A stretch of DNA of 64,000 nucleotides from a virus, in the IMG/VR virus record IMGVR_UViG_3300025875_000621, positions 30,638 to 94,637 of that record; one strand, given 5' to 3'. Positions 37,146 through 46,863 of the stretch are shown in pieces. The notes under the pieces were generated by a model. It searched no databases. It was not told the origin of the DNA and saw nothing but the letters and a program-made list of their open reading frames with translations. The translations under genes were made by a program, and so were the position numbers. Numbering within the stretch: position 1 is the first letter of the stretch; every line of letters starts with the position of its first letter.

Positions 37146-37625
37146 GTGCCGGCCACCGTCCGCCTGGAGATAGCGCAGGCGCAGCTGCAGCGCGCGCTCA
37201 CCGGCCCTAGCGGGTCCGTGACGCGCTACGTCATGCGGACGACCCGGCAGATCAGGAACAAGGCGGTGCTGCTGTGCCCGGTGGACACCGGGAACCTGCG
37301 GGCCTCCATCACCCACGCCGTCTCCTCTGACGTGGGCAGCCGGGGCATGGTCATCATCGGCCGCGTGGGCACCCCGGTGGAGTACGCGCTGGCCGTCCAT
37401 GAGGGGGTGACGGCCAAGACGGTGACCGTGCCCGCGCACATGGTGAAGGCCCACACGGTGAAGGCCCACACGGTGAAGCCGAAGGGCGGGCGGAAGGCGT
37501 ACACGGTCTCCGCGCACCAGGTGCGCGGGCACATGCGCGGCTCCTACACCATGGAGGTGAAGGCGCGGACGGGGCGGCCGTTCCTGCGCCGGGCCATGCA
37601 GGAGGTCATCCCCGGGTCCGGCTGA
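37146..37625 (+). CDS. HK97 gp10-like neck protein
   Basis: CPVDTGNLRASI...VEYA..VHEG...RPFLRRA. Confidence 0.85.
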   Translation: MPATVRLEIAQAQLQRALTGPSGSVTRYVMRTTRQIRNKAVLLCPVDTGNLRASITHAVSSDVGSRGMVIIGRVGTPVEYALAVHEGVTAKTVTVPAHMVKAHTVKAHTVKPKGGRKAYTVSAHQVRGHMRGSYTMEVKARTGRPFLRRAMQEVIPGSG

Positions 37626-37707
37626 TCCGGCGAGCCGCACAGTCACCGGGCGGGCACCCGCGGTTACTGTCGTCGGCGCCCGTCCCCGCACCCACCTGGA
37701 GCACCTG

Positions 37708-38100
37708 ATGACCACCCCCGTGTCCGGCCCCGTCGTCTCCGGCGGCGGCAGCATCCCGGAGTTCACGTCCAAGGCGGCCCGGGGGGAGGAGACCGACAGC
37801 ACAGGCGGGCTCCCCCCGTACCACTTCATCCTGGACGGCGTGCAGTACACGGCCAAGCGCCCGAAGGACGCGCTGGTGGCTGAGCTGGCGCCCGTGCAGT
37901 CCCGCCGGACCGCGGCGGGCACGAAGGTGAAGCTGGCCCTGAACTTCCTGGACGACTGCCTGGAGGAGCCGGGCCGCACCATCCTCTCCAGCCGCCTGCT
38001 GGACCGGGACGACCCCATGGACGTGGAGGACGTGCTGCCGATCCTGCACGCAATCGGTGACCACTGGAAGGCGCACCAGGCCGCGCAGCGCGGCCGGTGA
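37708..38100 (+). CDS. tail assembly chaperone
   Basis: F.LDG..Y.A.RPK; position before the tape measure gene. Confidence 0.7.
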   Translation: MTTPVSGPVVSGGGSIPEFTSKAARGEETDSTGGLPPYHFILDGVQYTAKRPKDALVAELAPVQSRRTAAGTKVKLALNFLDDCLEEPGRTILSSRLLDRDDPMDVEDVLPILHAIGDHWKAHQAAQRGR

Positions 38101-38669
38101 TCCCGTCCCGTCAGGCTGCCTGGCGGGACCGGCGCCTCACCCCCCTGGGCTTCCGGCTGGACGGCCGGGAGTACCTGATCCCAGACCCTCCCGCCCGGGT
38201 CTGGGTCCTGGCCGTGCTCTCAGATGAGGAGGCGGACCTGCTGCTGGACCTGCTCCAGGAGGAGGAGGCGGAGGACCTGTGGGACGCCGCGCTGGACCCG
38301 GACAGTGACGTGACCATGGACCTGCTGGTGAAGATCGGCAGGCAGATGCTCACCGCCGCGTCCGGGCGCCCGTGGTGGAAAGCCCAGATGCTGGTGGCCC
38401 AGCTGGTGGAGGACTGGGAGTACCTGGACGCCCGCGCCGCGGACCGGGCGCTGGGAGACCCGCTGTCCTGGAACCTGGAGCGGCTGTGCTCCTGGGTGTA
38501 CCTGCGGATCACGGAGCACGCCACGAAGGAGGAGCGGGCCCGCATAGACGCGCGCCTGGACACCCCGCCCATCCCCACGGAGCCGCTGGGGGAGGACGAG
38601 GTGCCGGAGGGCTGGGAGGACGAGGCGTCCGGGTGGGAGGTGGCGGCCGCGCAGCTGGGGCACGCGTAG
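38097..38669 (+). CDS. second tail assembly chaperone-like protein
   Basis: SGRPWW...L..PP; adjacent to the tape measure gene. Confidence 0.65.
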   Translation: MIPSRQAAWRDRRLTPLGFRLDGREYLIPDPPARVWVLAVLSDEEADLLLDLLQEEEAEDLWDAALDPDSDVTMDLLVKIGRQMLTAASGRPWWKAQMLVAQLVEDWEYLDARAADRALGDPLSWNLERLCSWVYLRITEHATKEERARIDARLDTPPIPTEPLGEDEVPEGWEDEASGWEVAAAQLGHA

Positions 38670-38706
38670 CACGCGCGCCTGACCAGCTCCCCCGGGCCGG
38701 TCCAGC

Positions 38707-38740
38707 TATCGTGACCCCTGCGCTGCTGGTTCTGGACCGG
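38707..38740 (+). promoter_or_regulatory. late promoter -10 plus leader hairpin variant
   Basis: TATCGT 38707-38712; CTGGT-TCTGG-ACCGG 38726-38740. Confidence 0.5.
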
Positions 38741-38769
38741 GTGCCCACCCCACGCGGAGGGCCCAGTCT

Positions 38770-41700
38770 GTGTCTGCTGCCGGCCAGAAGCTGGGTGACG
38801 CGTACATCCAGGTCACCGCGGACGCCAGCAAGACCGGTGAGGAGCTGTCCCGGAAGGTCTCCCGGGACCTGGAGGCAGCAGCCCGCCGCGTAGGTGAGAC
38901 GTTCGATGAGGCCCTGACGGAGGCCGTGGAGAACTCCACGGAGGGCGTCGGGGACGCGCTGGGTGAGGAGCTGGAGCGGGCCTCCCGCCGGGCCGGTGGC
39001 CGGTTCGCGGAGGACTTCTCCAAGCAGCTGGGCAGCGCCCTCAGCGGGCTGCCGGACGTCCAGCTGGAAGCGGACAGCACGGAGACGGACCGGGCGCTGG
39101 ATGAGGTGCGGCGCCGCATCGCGGCCCTGCGCACGCAGCGCATCGGGATTGACGTCAGCGCGGGCGCGGCCACCACGGAGCTGGGGCTGCTGCAGGAGCG
39201 GCTGCACGAACTGGGCCGGGGCACCACGGACGTCACGCTGCGCGCGGACACCGCGGCGGCGGCCGCGGAGCTGGCGGCCGCGGAGGCGGAGGTTCGGCGG
39301 CTGGACGGCCAGACCGCCAACGTGGACGTGCGGGTGAACGACTCCGGGCTCCGCGGGATCAGCGGCACCGCCGGGAATGCCATGGGCGGGCTGTCCCTGG
39401 TGACCGCCGCCGCCCTGGCCGTCTCCCCCGCCCTCATCCCCATCGGCGCCGCCGCCCTGGCCGGGCTGGGCGCTATTGGCCCCCTGGCCGCCTCCGCCGG
39501 CGCCGGGCTGGCCGTCCTGGGCCTGGGCTTCTCCGGGGTCTCTGACACCGTGAGCCTGCTGGGGAAGCGGCAGGACACCGCGGCGCTGCAGGCCGCCACC
39601 TCCGCGGGCTCCCAGGTGTCCTCCGCCAACCAGGTGGCCCAGGCCACGGCGGCGCTGGCGAACACGCAGCAGAACGCGGCGGACTCCGCCGTGCGCGCCG
39701 CGGAGACCATCAGCCGCAGCCAGGAGGACCTGCAGGACGCGGTGACGTCCGCGGCCAAGGACGTGATCCGCAGCCAGCAGGAGCTGGAGTCCGCGGTCAC
39801 GGACGCGGCCCGGGAGGTGGCCCGCGCGGAGCAGTCCGCCGCGGACGCCGTGGCCGCCGCCCTGCGCCGCCAGGAGGGCGCAGAGGACTCCCTGACCCGG
39901 GCCCTGCGCACCCAGCAGCAGGCGCAGCTGGACCTGACGTCCGCCCGTCGCACCGCAGAGCAGCAGATCGAAGACCTGGCCAGCTCCGTGGTGAGCAACA
40001 CCAACGCGCAGCGGCAGGCCGCCCTGGACGTGGCGGAGGCGGAGCTGTACCTGGGGAAGGTCCGGCGCTCCTCCAGGGCGAAGCCCGCGGACCTGGAGGC
40101 CGCGCAGCTGGCCTACGACGTGGAGCTGCAGCGGCAGAAGGACCTGCAGACCCAGGGCCGGCGGCTGGCGGAGCAGCAGGAGGAGACGGCCGCCAAGGGC
40201 GTGGACGGCTCAGACGTGGTGGTGGACGCCCAGCAGCGGCTGGTGGACGCCAACGAGCGGGTGCAGGACGCGCAGGAGAGCGCCGCTGACGCGGCCGCTC
40301 AGCTGGACCGGGCGCGCCTGGACGGCGCGGAGGCGGTGGCGCGCGCCCAGGAGGAGGGCACTGCCCGCGTGCAGCGCGCGCAGGAGAGCCTGGTGGAGTC
40401 CCAGGAGAAGGGGCAGGACCGGGTGGAACGCGCCACCCGGGCCGTCAGCGATGCGATCCGGGACCAGGAGCAGCAGGCCCGGCAGTCCGCGTTCTCCATC
40501 AGCCAGGCCATGGCCGCCGTGTCCGCCGCCGGCGCGTCCGCCGGAGCGGCCGGAGGCTCCGCCCTGGCCGGGATCGACCAGCAGCTGGCCAAGGTGAACC
40601 CGGCCACCCTCCGGTTCGCGCAGTACGTGCAGGACACCCTGCAGCCGGCCTGGGAGCGCATGAAGGGCGCGGCCGCGGCCGGGCTCCTGCCTGGCGCTGA
40701 GGACGCGATCAACAAGCTGCTGCCGCTGCTGCCCCAGGTGGAGGGCTTCCTGGGCTCCCTGGGCACCACCCTGGGCGGCATCCTGGGAGACGCGGCCACG
40801 GAGCTGTCCTCCCCCTTCTGGGTGGACTTCTTCACGAACCTGCAGACGGTGGCCGGGCCCGCCCTGGAGGACATGTCCCAGGCGCTGCTGGACGTCCTCC
40901 ACGGGCTGGGCGGGATCGTGGAAGCGTTCTTCCCGTTCACCGATGACGTCGGCGGCGGGATCACAGACCTGACCGGGAAGTTCGCCGCCTGGGGTGAGCA
41001 GCTGGGGTCCTCTGAGGGCTTCCACGAGTTCATCGCCTACGTCCAGGAGAACTGGCCGAAGGTCCAGCAGATCATCAGTGACCTGGCCACCGTGGTGGGC
41101 ACCCTGGTGGACGCTGGGGACGAGGCCGGCGGCGGCATCCTCACGTTCATGCAGGACCTGACCGGGTTCCTGGCCGGGCTCAGCGCCGGGGAGCTGCAGG
41201 CGGTGGTGGCCGGGTTCCTGGGGTTCCAGGCCGTGGCTGGTGTCACCTCCACCCTGGGTGACGCGGTGGAGAAGGCGAAGCAGGCGAAGGAGACCTACAC
41301 GTCCCTGCGGGACGGCGTGACGGCCGTGAAGGACGCCTACGACGGGCTCCCGGCGAAGCTGTCCACGGTGGGCACCAGCCTGAAGAACGCGGCCAGCTCC
41401 GCGGGCAGCGCAGCCTCCAGCGCGGCCAGCACCGCCGGCCGGTGGGTGAGCATGGCCGCCTCCGCCACGGTGAGCGCCGCGAAGGTGGCGGGGCAGTGGG
41501 CGCTCTCCGCGGCCCGCACCATCGGCTCCCTGGTCCTCATGGCCGGCCAGTTCGTGGTCCAGGGCGCCGCCATGGCCGCCTCCGCCGCAGTGTCCGCCGC
41601 GCGGGTGGTGGCTTCCTGGGTGCTCATGGGCGCGCAGTCCCTCATCCAGGCCGCCCGCATGGCCGCCGCCTGGCTGATCGCCATGGGCCCCATCGGGCTG

Positions 41701-42651
41701 GCCATAGCCGCGGTGGTCGGCATCGTGGCCCTGGTCGTGGCGAACTGGGACAAGATCAAAGAGTTCACGATCCAGGCGTGGGAGGCCGTGTCCGGCGCCG
41801 TCTCCGGCGCCATAGACGCGGTGGTGGGGTTCGTGAAGGGCCTCCCGCAGCGGGCCCTGGACGCCCTGTCCTCCTTCGGCTCCATGCTGGCCAGCGGGGC
41901 GCGGGCGGCCTGGCAGTTCTACTACGACAACGTGATCGAGCGGGCCCTGGCCGTGGTCGGCTGGGTGGCCGGGCTGCCGGGCCGGGTGATCGGCGCCCTG
42001 TCCTCCCTGGGCTCCTCCATCGCCGGCGTGGCGCGCTCCGCCTGGCAGTGGTTCAACGACACGGTGGTGGAGCGGGCGAACTCCCTGGTCTCCTGGGTGA
42101 CCGGGCTCCCCGGCTCCATCGCGGGCGCGATCGGCAACCTGGGCTCCCTGCTGTACAGCAAGGGCCTGGACCTGATGCAGGGCCTGGTGAATGGTATTAG
42201 CGCGGCCGCTTCATTCGTGGGGAATGTGGGCCGTAACATCGTGAACTCCGTTATCGGATTCGTGAACTCGCAGGTCATCGGCCGGGTGAATGATCTGCTG
42301 GAGTTCAGCATCGCGGGCGTGAGGATTGACCCGCCGGACATTCCGCGGATTCCGCTGCTGGCGGACGGTGCCATTGTTCAGCGCGCCACGCTGGCAGTGG
42401 TGGGTGAGGCCGGGCCGGAGGCAGTCATCCCGCTGTCCCCGTCCCGCTCCCGTCAGCGGCGCGCCCTCATGGAGGAGTCCGGGCTGGCCGGGAACGGCGG
42501 CGGAGCTGGCATCCACGTGGACGCCAGCCAGACGTACATCGTGCGGGACACGCAGACCGCGCAGGAGGTGGGCGCCGTGGTCGGCCAGCGGGTGGTCCGT
42601 GACATTCGCCAGGGCGTCTCCGGCGCCTACACCGCCGGGAGCGCAGCATGA
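38770..42651 (+). CDS. tape measure protein
   Basis: 1293 aa Ala-rich helical; LGDAYIQVTAD start; NWDKIK; LADGAIV...VGEAGPEAVIPL. Confidence 0.93.
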   Translation: MSAAGQKLGDAYIQVTADASKTGEELSRKVSRDLEAAARRVGETFDEALTEAVENSTEGVGDALGEELERASRRAGGRFAEDFSKQLGSALSGLPDVQLEADSTETDRALDEVRRRIAALRTQRIGIDVSAGAATTELGLLQERLHELGRGTTDVTLRADTAAAAAELAAAEAEVRRLDGQTANVDVRVNDSGLRGISGTAGNAMGGLSLVTAAALAVSPALIPIGAAALAGLGAIGPLAASAGAGLAVLGLGFSGVSDTVSLLGKRQDTAALQAATSAGSQVSSANQVAQATAALANTQQNAADSAVRAAETISRSQEDLQDAVTSAAKDVIRSQQELESAVTDAAREVARAEQSAADAVAAALRRQEGAEDSLTRALRTQQQAQLDLTSARRTAEQQIEDLASSVVSNTNAQRQAALDVAEAELYLGKVRRSSRAKPADLEAAQLAYDVELQRQKDLQTQGRRLAEQQEETAAKGVDGSDVVVDAQQRLVDANERVQDAQESAADAAAQLDRARLDGAEAVARAQEEGTARVQRAQESLVESQEKGQDRVERATRAVSDAIRDQEQQARQSAFSISQAMAAVSAAGASAGAAGGSALAGIDQQLAKVNPATLRFAQYVQDTLQPAWERMKGAAAAGLLPGAEDAINKLLPLLPQVEGFLGSLGTTLGGILGDAATELSSPFWVDFFTNLQTVAGPALEDMSQALLDVLHGLGGIVEAFFPFTDDVGGGITDLTGKFAAWGEQLGSSEGFHEFIAYVQENWPKVQQIISDLATVVGTLVDAGDEAGGGILTFMQDLTGFLAGLSAGELQAVVAGFLGFQAVAGVTSTLGDAVEKAKQAKETYTSLRDGVTAVKDAYDGLPAKLSTVGTSLKNAASSAGSAASSAASTAGRWVSMAASATVSAAKVAGQWALSAARTIGSLVLMAGQFVVQGAAMAASAAVSAARVVASWVLMGAQSLIQAARMAAAWLIAMGPIGLAIAAVVGIVALVVANWDKIKEFTIQAWEAVSGAVSGAIDAVVGFVKGLPQRALDALSSFGSMLASGARAAWQFYYDNVIERALAVVGWVAGLPGRVIGALSSLGSSIAGVARSAWQWFNDTVVERANSLVSWVTGLPGSIAGAIGNLGSLLYSKGLDLMQGLVNGISAAASFVGNVGRNIVNSVIGFVNSQVIGRVNDLLEFSIAGVRIDPPDIPRIPLLADGAIVQRATLAVVGEAGPEAVIPLSPSRSRQRRALMEESGLAGNGGGAGIHVDASQTYIVRDTQTAQEVGAVVGQRVVRDIRQGVSGAYTAGSAA

Positions 42652-44231
42652 CCAGCAGCACCACGCTGACCGAACTGCGCCGCCAGCTCGTCGCCAACCC
42701 CCGCGGGGCCGGAGGGATCGCGGGCTGGACCGGCTCCTACGGCACCGGGGGCGCCGGCACGCGGGTTGCTGCCGTCAACGACCCGGAAGTCCTCGGCGGC
42801 ACGTACGTCCGACAGACCTGGACCACCGCGCCGACGGCTTACAACGGGGGACTCGCGGCCGGTGTCACTGGCAGCACATCGAGCTTCTACGTCATCCCCG
42901 TCACAGGCGGGCAGCCCCTCGCGGTTGCCGCCCTGACGCGGGTTTCCCGCGACCAGCGCCTCGGGCTGCAGCTGTTTTGGTACAACGCCGCGGGCGTCAG
43001 CCTCGCAGGCCCCAGCCTCACCGCCTCCGCTGAGATCATCCCCGGTGGCACCTGGCACCGTCTCAGCGCCGTCGTTACCGCACCCGCCGATGCCGTCCGC
43101 GTCGTCCCCCAGATCACTGGCTACTCCGGCGCGGGAGCCTCCCTGTGGGCCGTGGGCGACTACCTCGACGTGACCGCGGTCCTGGTAGAGCAGGCGTCCA
43201 CGGTCGGGGAATACTTCGACGGGGGGCAGGACGACAGTCCCCCGCTCTACTACAGCTGGGGTGGCGTGCCGCACGCCTCTCAGAGCCTGCTGCAGCGGAT
43301 TGACTACCGCACCGCTCCCTTCTCCACTTCCCGCGGGGTGTTCACCCCGCGGTCCCGCCGCGTCTGGAGCATCGGTGACCCGGACGCCCCCGCCGTGTCC
43401 CTGAACGGCGTGGACGGGGACGGGGTGACCTGGGTGTGCGCGGACCCGGTGGGCTGGTACGCCTCCCCGCCCACGGAGCTGGGGCTGACGGACCGCGCCA
43501 CGCATGGCTCCAACTACGGGCGGGGCGCGTACAAGGCCAGGGTGCTCACCCTGTCCGGGGCGTTCCGCACCTGCACCGCTGACCCGGACCTGCTGGACGA
43601 CATCGCGGAGCGGCTGCAGGACTGCCTGGACCCCATGGTGGACACGCTGCTGTCCGTCACGGAGCGCATCCCGAAGCAGCTCACGGTGCGGCCCTCCAGT
43701 GAGGTCAGCGTGCTGCCCGTCCCTGGGCACCGGAACGCCCGTACCTTCTCCGTGGTCCTCACCGCCGGGGACCCGTTTAAGTACGCGGCGGGCGCGGCCG
43801 GGCTGACCACGGTGGAGCTGGCGCTGCTGGACCCCAGCACCGTCCGCGGCTTCACCCACCCCATGGAGCACCCGCTGGACCACGGCGGTGCACCCCTGGA
43901 GGCCCCGGACCGGAAGAACGCAGCCAACCCCGGACAGCTGCCGGTGGACGTGATCCTGCGGTTCGTGGGCCCCGCCGTCCGGCCGGTCATCACGAACGCC
44001 AGCACCGGGGAGTTCTTCGCCCTGAACCGTGAGCTGCTGATCGGTGAGGAGGTGGTGGTGGACACGGAGCTGCGCACCGTCTTGGTGAACGGAGCCTCCA
44101 GCACCGCGATCCGCCAGCCCCGCTCCACCTTCTGGCAGCTGGCCCGCGGCGTGAACGACCTGAGGTTCACCGCGGACTTCTACCAGTCCACCGCCCGCGC
44201 CTACGTGTCCTACCGCCCCCGCTGGAAGTGA
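42648..44231 (+). CDS. distal tail protein (Dit) with N-terminal carbohydrate-binding-like domain
   Basis: LVANP...GEYFDG N-domain; GW...G.Y.ARVLTLSG...AGDPFKY...L..GVN Dit domain. Confidence 0.75.
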   Translation: MTSSTTLTELRRQLVANPRGAGGIAGWTGSYGTGGAGTRVAAVNDPEVLGGTYVRQTWTTAPTAYNGGLAAGVTGSTSSFYVIPVTGGQPLAVAALTRVSRDQRLGLQLFWYNAAGVSLAGPSLTASAEIIPGGTWHRLSAVVTAPADAVRVVPQITGYSGAGASLWAVGDYLDVTAVLVEQASTVGEYFDGGQDDSPPLYYSWGGVPHASQSLLQRIDYRTAPFSTSRGVFTPRSRRVWSIGDPDAPAVSLNGVDGDGVTWVCADPVGWYASPPTELGLTDRATHGSNYGRGAYKARVLTLSGAFRTCTADPDLLDDIAERLQDCLDPMVDTLLSVTERIPKQLTVRPSSEVSVLPVPGHRNARTFSVVLTAGDPFKYAAGAAGLTTVELALLDPSTVRGFTHPMEHPLDHGGAPLEAPDRKNAANPGQLPVDVILRFVGPAVRPVITNASTGEFFALNRELLIGEEVVVDTELRTVLVNGASSTAIRQPRSTFWQLARGVNDLRFTADFYQSTARAYVSYRPRWK

Positions 44232-44238
44232 GCCCCCC

Positions 44239-45267
44239 ATGACGAAGCGCAAGCTGTCCTACCTGCAGGGCACGGACGCCGCGAAGTACACCCTGCCCGC
44301 GGAGGACCACCGGCTGAACCACGCCGGGCTCTGGACCCCAGACGCCACCGCCGGCACGCCCGCGCTCTCCACCCGCAGCGGGTTCGTGCCCGGACCGGGG
44401 AACCCGGGTGCCGTGTTCTCCGGCGCCGGGGGAGTGACGATCAACCCGTTCCAGTTCGTGCTGTGGGGCACCGTCACCACCACGTCCGGGGTGTACGAGG
44501 GCGTCTCAGACGCCGTGGAGTTCCTGCCCATCACCGCGGCGTCCTCCACGGAGTTCCGGCGGGGCCGCATCGTCGTCCGCGTCTATGACCAGCTGGCGGC
44601 CGCGGCTAAGGACGATTGGGGACTGGAGGTCATCTACGGTCCCGCGGCGGCCACCGCTGGTGCGGCGCAGCTGCCTGCCCTGCCGGCCAACGCGTTCCAG
44701 GTGCGGGAGTTCTCCGTGTCCAACACCGGCGTGATCGTCACCGGCGGGTACGTGCCCTGGGTGGGGTCCCGCACCGGCATCACCCCCATGTCCGACCCGA
44801 ACGACGCCACACCCGGCGGGTTCGTGGGCCAGTACCGGGACCACCCCACCCGCAGCCTGGAGCGGTGGGACGGGAACGCCTGGCGCACCATGTTCCACCA
44901 GCTGGGGGCCACCAACCGGCAGCCGGTCCAGCCGTGGCTGGCCGCGGGCTGGTCACCCGGCGGTGACGGCGCCACCTACGAGGTGAAGAACGGGTGGGGG
45001 AACCTCTCCGTCCACCTGGTCCGCGCCTCCGGCGGCACCTACCCCGCCGCCACCGCGATCCTCACCCTGCCCGCGACCATGACGTACACGAACGGGCTGG
45101 TCGTGCCAGCCCGGCCCACGCAGATGCAGTGGCCGGCTGGGCTCAAGTTCGGCGGCATCCTGGGTGAGTTCAAGGTCGCCCCGTCCGGCGTGGTGTCCAT
45201 GGGGCTGGCCGTGGAGCAGGGCTCCGGCATCGTTGCCACCGCCAGCTTCCCCGTGGGGAACCCCTGA
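44239..45267 (+). CDS. minor tail / baseplate protein
   Basis: R...IVVRVYD...G.AA..P.LPAN; C-terminal LP...RP beta-rich domain. Confidence 0.7.
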   Translation: MTKRKLSYLQGTDAAKYTLPAEDHRLNHAGLWTPDATAGTPALSTRSGFVPGPGNPGAVFSGAGGVTINPFQFVLWGTVTTTSGVYEGVSDAVEFLPITAASSTEFRRGRIVVRVYDQLAAAAKDDWGLEVIYGPAAATAGAAQLPALPANAFQVREFSVSNTGVIVTGGYVPWVGSRTGITPMSDPNDATPGGFVGQYRDHPTRSLERWDGNAWRTMFHQLGATNRQPVQPWLAAGWSPGGDGATYEVKNGWGNLSVHLVRASGGTYPAATAILTLPATMTYTNGLVVPARPTQMQWPAGLKFGGILGEFKVAPSGVVSMGLAVEQGSGIVATASFPVGNP

Positions 45268-45315
45268 TCTGACACGCCCCACCTGAGTGCCGCCGTCTCA
45301 GGTGGCCGGACCGGG

Positions 45316-45346
45316 CACACTGGAGCTGCTGCTGGCCGCGGGCCGG
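45316..45346 (+). promoter_or_regulatory. late promoter plus leader hairpin before the endolysin
   Basis: CACACT 45316-45321; CTGGC-CGCGG-GCCGG 45332-45346. Confidence 0.55.
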
Positions 45347-45375
45347 GCGTACCTCCGCTACGCCCTGGAGAACCC

Positions 45376-46791
45376 ATGCCCCCCACCACCGCCCGCCAGC
45401 TGCAGATCATCGACGCAGGCTGGTCCGCCAGTGACGTGGACCCCGCAGAACTGGTGGATGACGCCTGGATCGCGGCCAACACCAGCCCCGGCCGCCCGTT
45501 CTCCCAGACCCGGCACCTGGGGCAGCGCACCCTGCAGGCCGTCCGCACCATCGGCGTGGACCCGTACGAGGGGGCGGACCGGTACGCACGCGCCATGTCC
45601 GGCACCCGGACCGCGAAGCTGCCCCGCAGCATCCGGCGCACCCTCATCCAGAAGGGCGGCCTGACGCAGGAGCAGATGCGCCGCATCGCGCAGCGCACCG
45701 GTTACCCCGTGGTGGAGGCGTGGTCCTCCCGCACCGCTGGCGGCGCCATGCGCGGCGTGTGGGGTGCGCTCATCCACCACACCGGCACTGCCTGGTCCGC
45801 CGCCGGGGACTACCCCACCCTGCGGATCGTGCGGGACGGCCGCAGTGACCTGGCCAACTCCCTGTCCGCGTTCGGGCTGGGGAAGTCCGGGACCATCTAC
45901 CTGGTGTCCGCCCGGACGTCCTGGCACGCCGGAGCGGGGAACTGGAACGGGTGCACGGACGGGAACGGCTACCTGCTGGGCATCGAAGCGGAGAGTGACG
46001 GGAAGAACTGGACGGACCAGGAGCGGGACGCCTACCCCCGCCTGGTGGCCAGCATCCTGATCGAGATCGGGCAGGACGACCGGTTCACCACACGGCACGC
46101 CTCCTACGCGCTGCCGAAGGGCCGGAAGGTGGACGCCGGTGGTCTGGACATGGACCGCTTCTGGCGGGAGGTGTACGCCTACCTGGCGCACCCGGAGACC
46201 ATCAGCCGGAACAGCGCCAGCCCCGCCCCGGCGCCCGCGCCCGGTGCTCTCAGCCACGTGGTGGCCGCGGGAGACACCCTGTACTCCATCGCCCGCCGGT
46301 TCGGGGTCACGGTGGAGAACCTGACCGCCTGGAACGGCCTGTCCTCCACCGCGCTGTCCGTGGGTCAGGTCCTGCGCGTGGCCGCCGGCCAGACCCCGGC
46401 CCCCGCCCCGGCTCCGGCTCCGGCGCCCGCTCCGGCGCCCGCCCCGCGGCCGCCGGTGATCCCCGCGTTCACGGAGGCCGCGCCGTCCTGGCCCACCCGG
46501 CTCCGGATGCCCGCCACCCACTACTTCGGGGACGTGAACGGGCCCGCCCAGTCCCACGGTGGCTGGGCGGCCTGGGAGAAGCCGTACGTGCGCTGGGTGC
46601 AGCGCAAGCTCATCGTGCTGGGGTTTGTCCCCGGCGTCACGGACTGGCGCTCCGGCTGGGCGGACGGCGTGTGGGGCCCGGCCACCACCACCGCCATGGC
46701 CGCCTACCAGCGGCGGTGGCTGCCCAGCACCACCCGCTTCGGCCGCTGTTACGCGGACGACTACCGGCTGCTGGTGGCCGCCCGCGCCTGA
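45376..46791 (+). CDS. endolysin: amidase_2 + LysM + PG-binding-like domain
   Basis: IHHTG, WHAG, GIEAE, RH...GRKVD; HVVAAGDTLYSIARRFGV LysM; DGVWGPAT. Confidence 0.9.
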   Translation: MPPTTARQLQIIDAGWSASDVDPAELVDDAWIAANTSPGRPFSQTRHLGQRTLQAVRTIGVDPYEGADRYARAMSGTRTAKLPRSIRRTLIQKGGLTQEQMRRIAQRTGYPVVEAWSSRTAGGAMRGVWGALIHHTGTAWSAAGDYPTLRIVRDGRSDLANSLSAFGLGKSGTIYLVSARTSWHAGAGNWNGCTDGNGYLLGIEAESDGKNWTDQERDAYPRLVASILIEIGQDDRFTTRHASYALPKGRKVDAGGLDMDRFWREVYAYLAHPETISRNSASPAPAPAPGALSHVVAAGDTLYSIARRFGVTVENLTAWNGLSSTALSVGQVLRVAAGQTPAPAPAPAPAPAPAPAPRPPVIPAFTEAAPSWPTRLRMPATHYFGDVNGPAQSHGGWAAWEKPYVRWVQRKLIVLGFVPGVTDWRSGWADGVWGPATTTAMAAYQRRWLPSTTRFGRCYADDYRLLVAARA

Positions 46792-46799
46792 CCCCTTCC

Positions 46800-46827
46800 G
46801 CCCCGGCCCTGACTGCAGGGCCGGGGC
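46800..46827 (+). terminator. hairpin after the endolysin
   Basis: GCCCCGGCCCTG-actg-CAGGGCCGGGGC. Confidence 0.65.
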
Positions 46828-46863
46828 GCGCCCACCCACCCCCGTCAGCAGGAGCGCAGCCCG

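Noticed and set aside
37708-38669. Programmed frameshift between tail chaperones
   Set aside because: No clear slippery heptamer found; the genes are joined by a GTGA overlap.
46394-46450. GC-rich tandem repeat in the endolysin
   Set aside because: Encodes an ordinary Pro-Ala linker.
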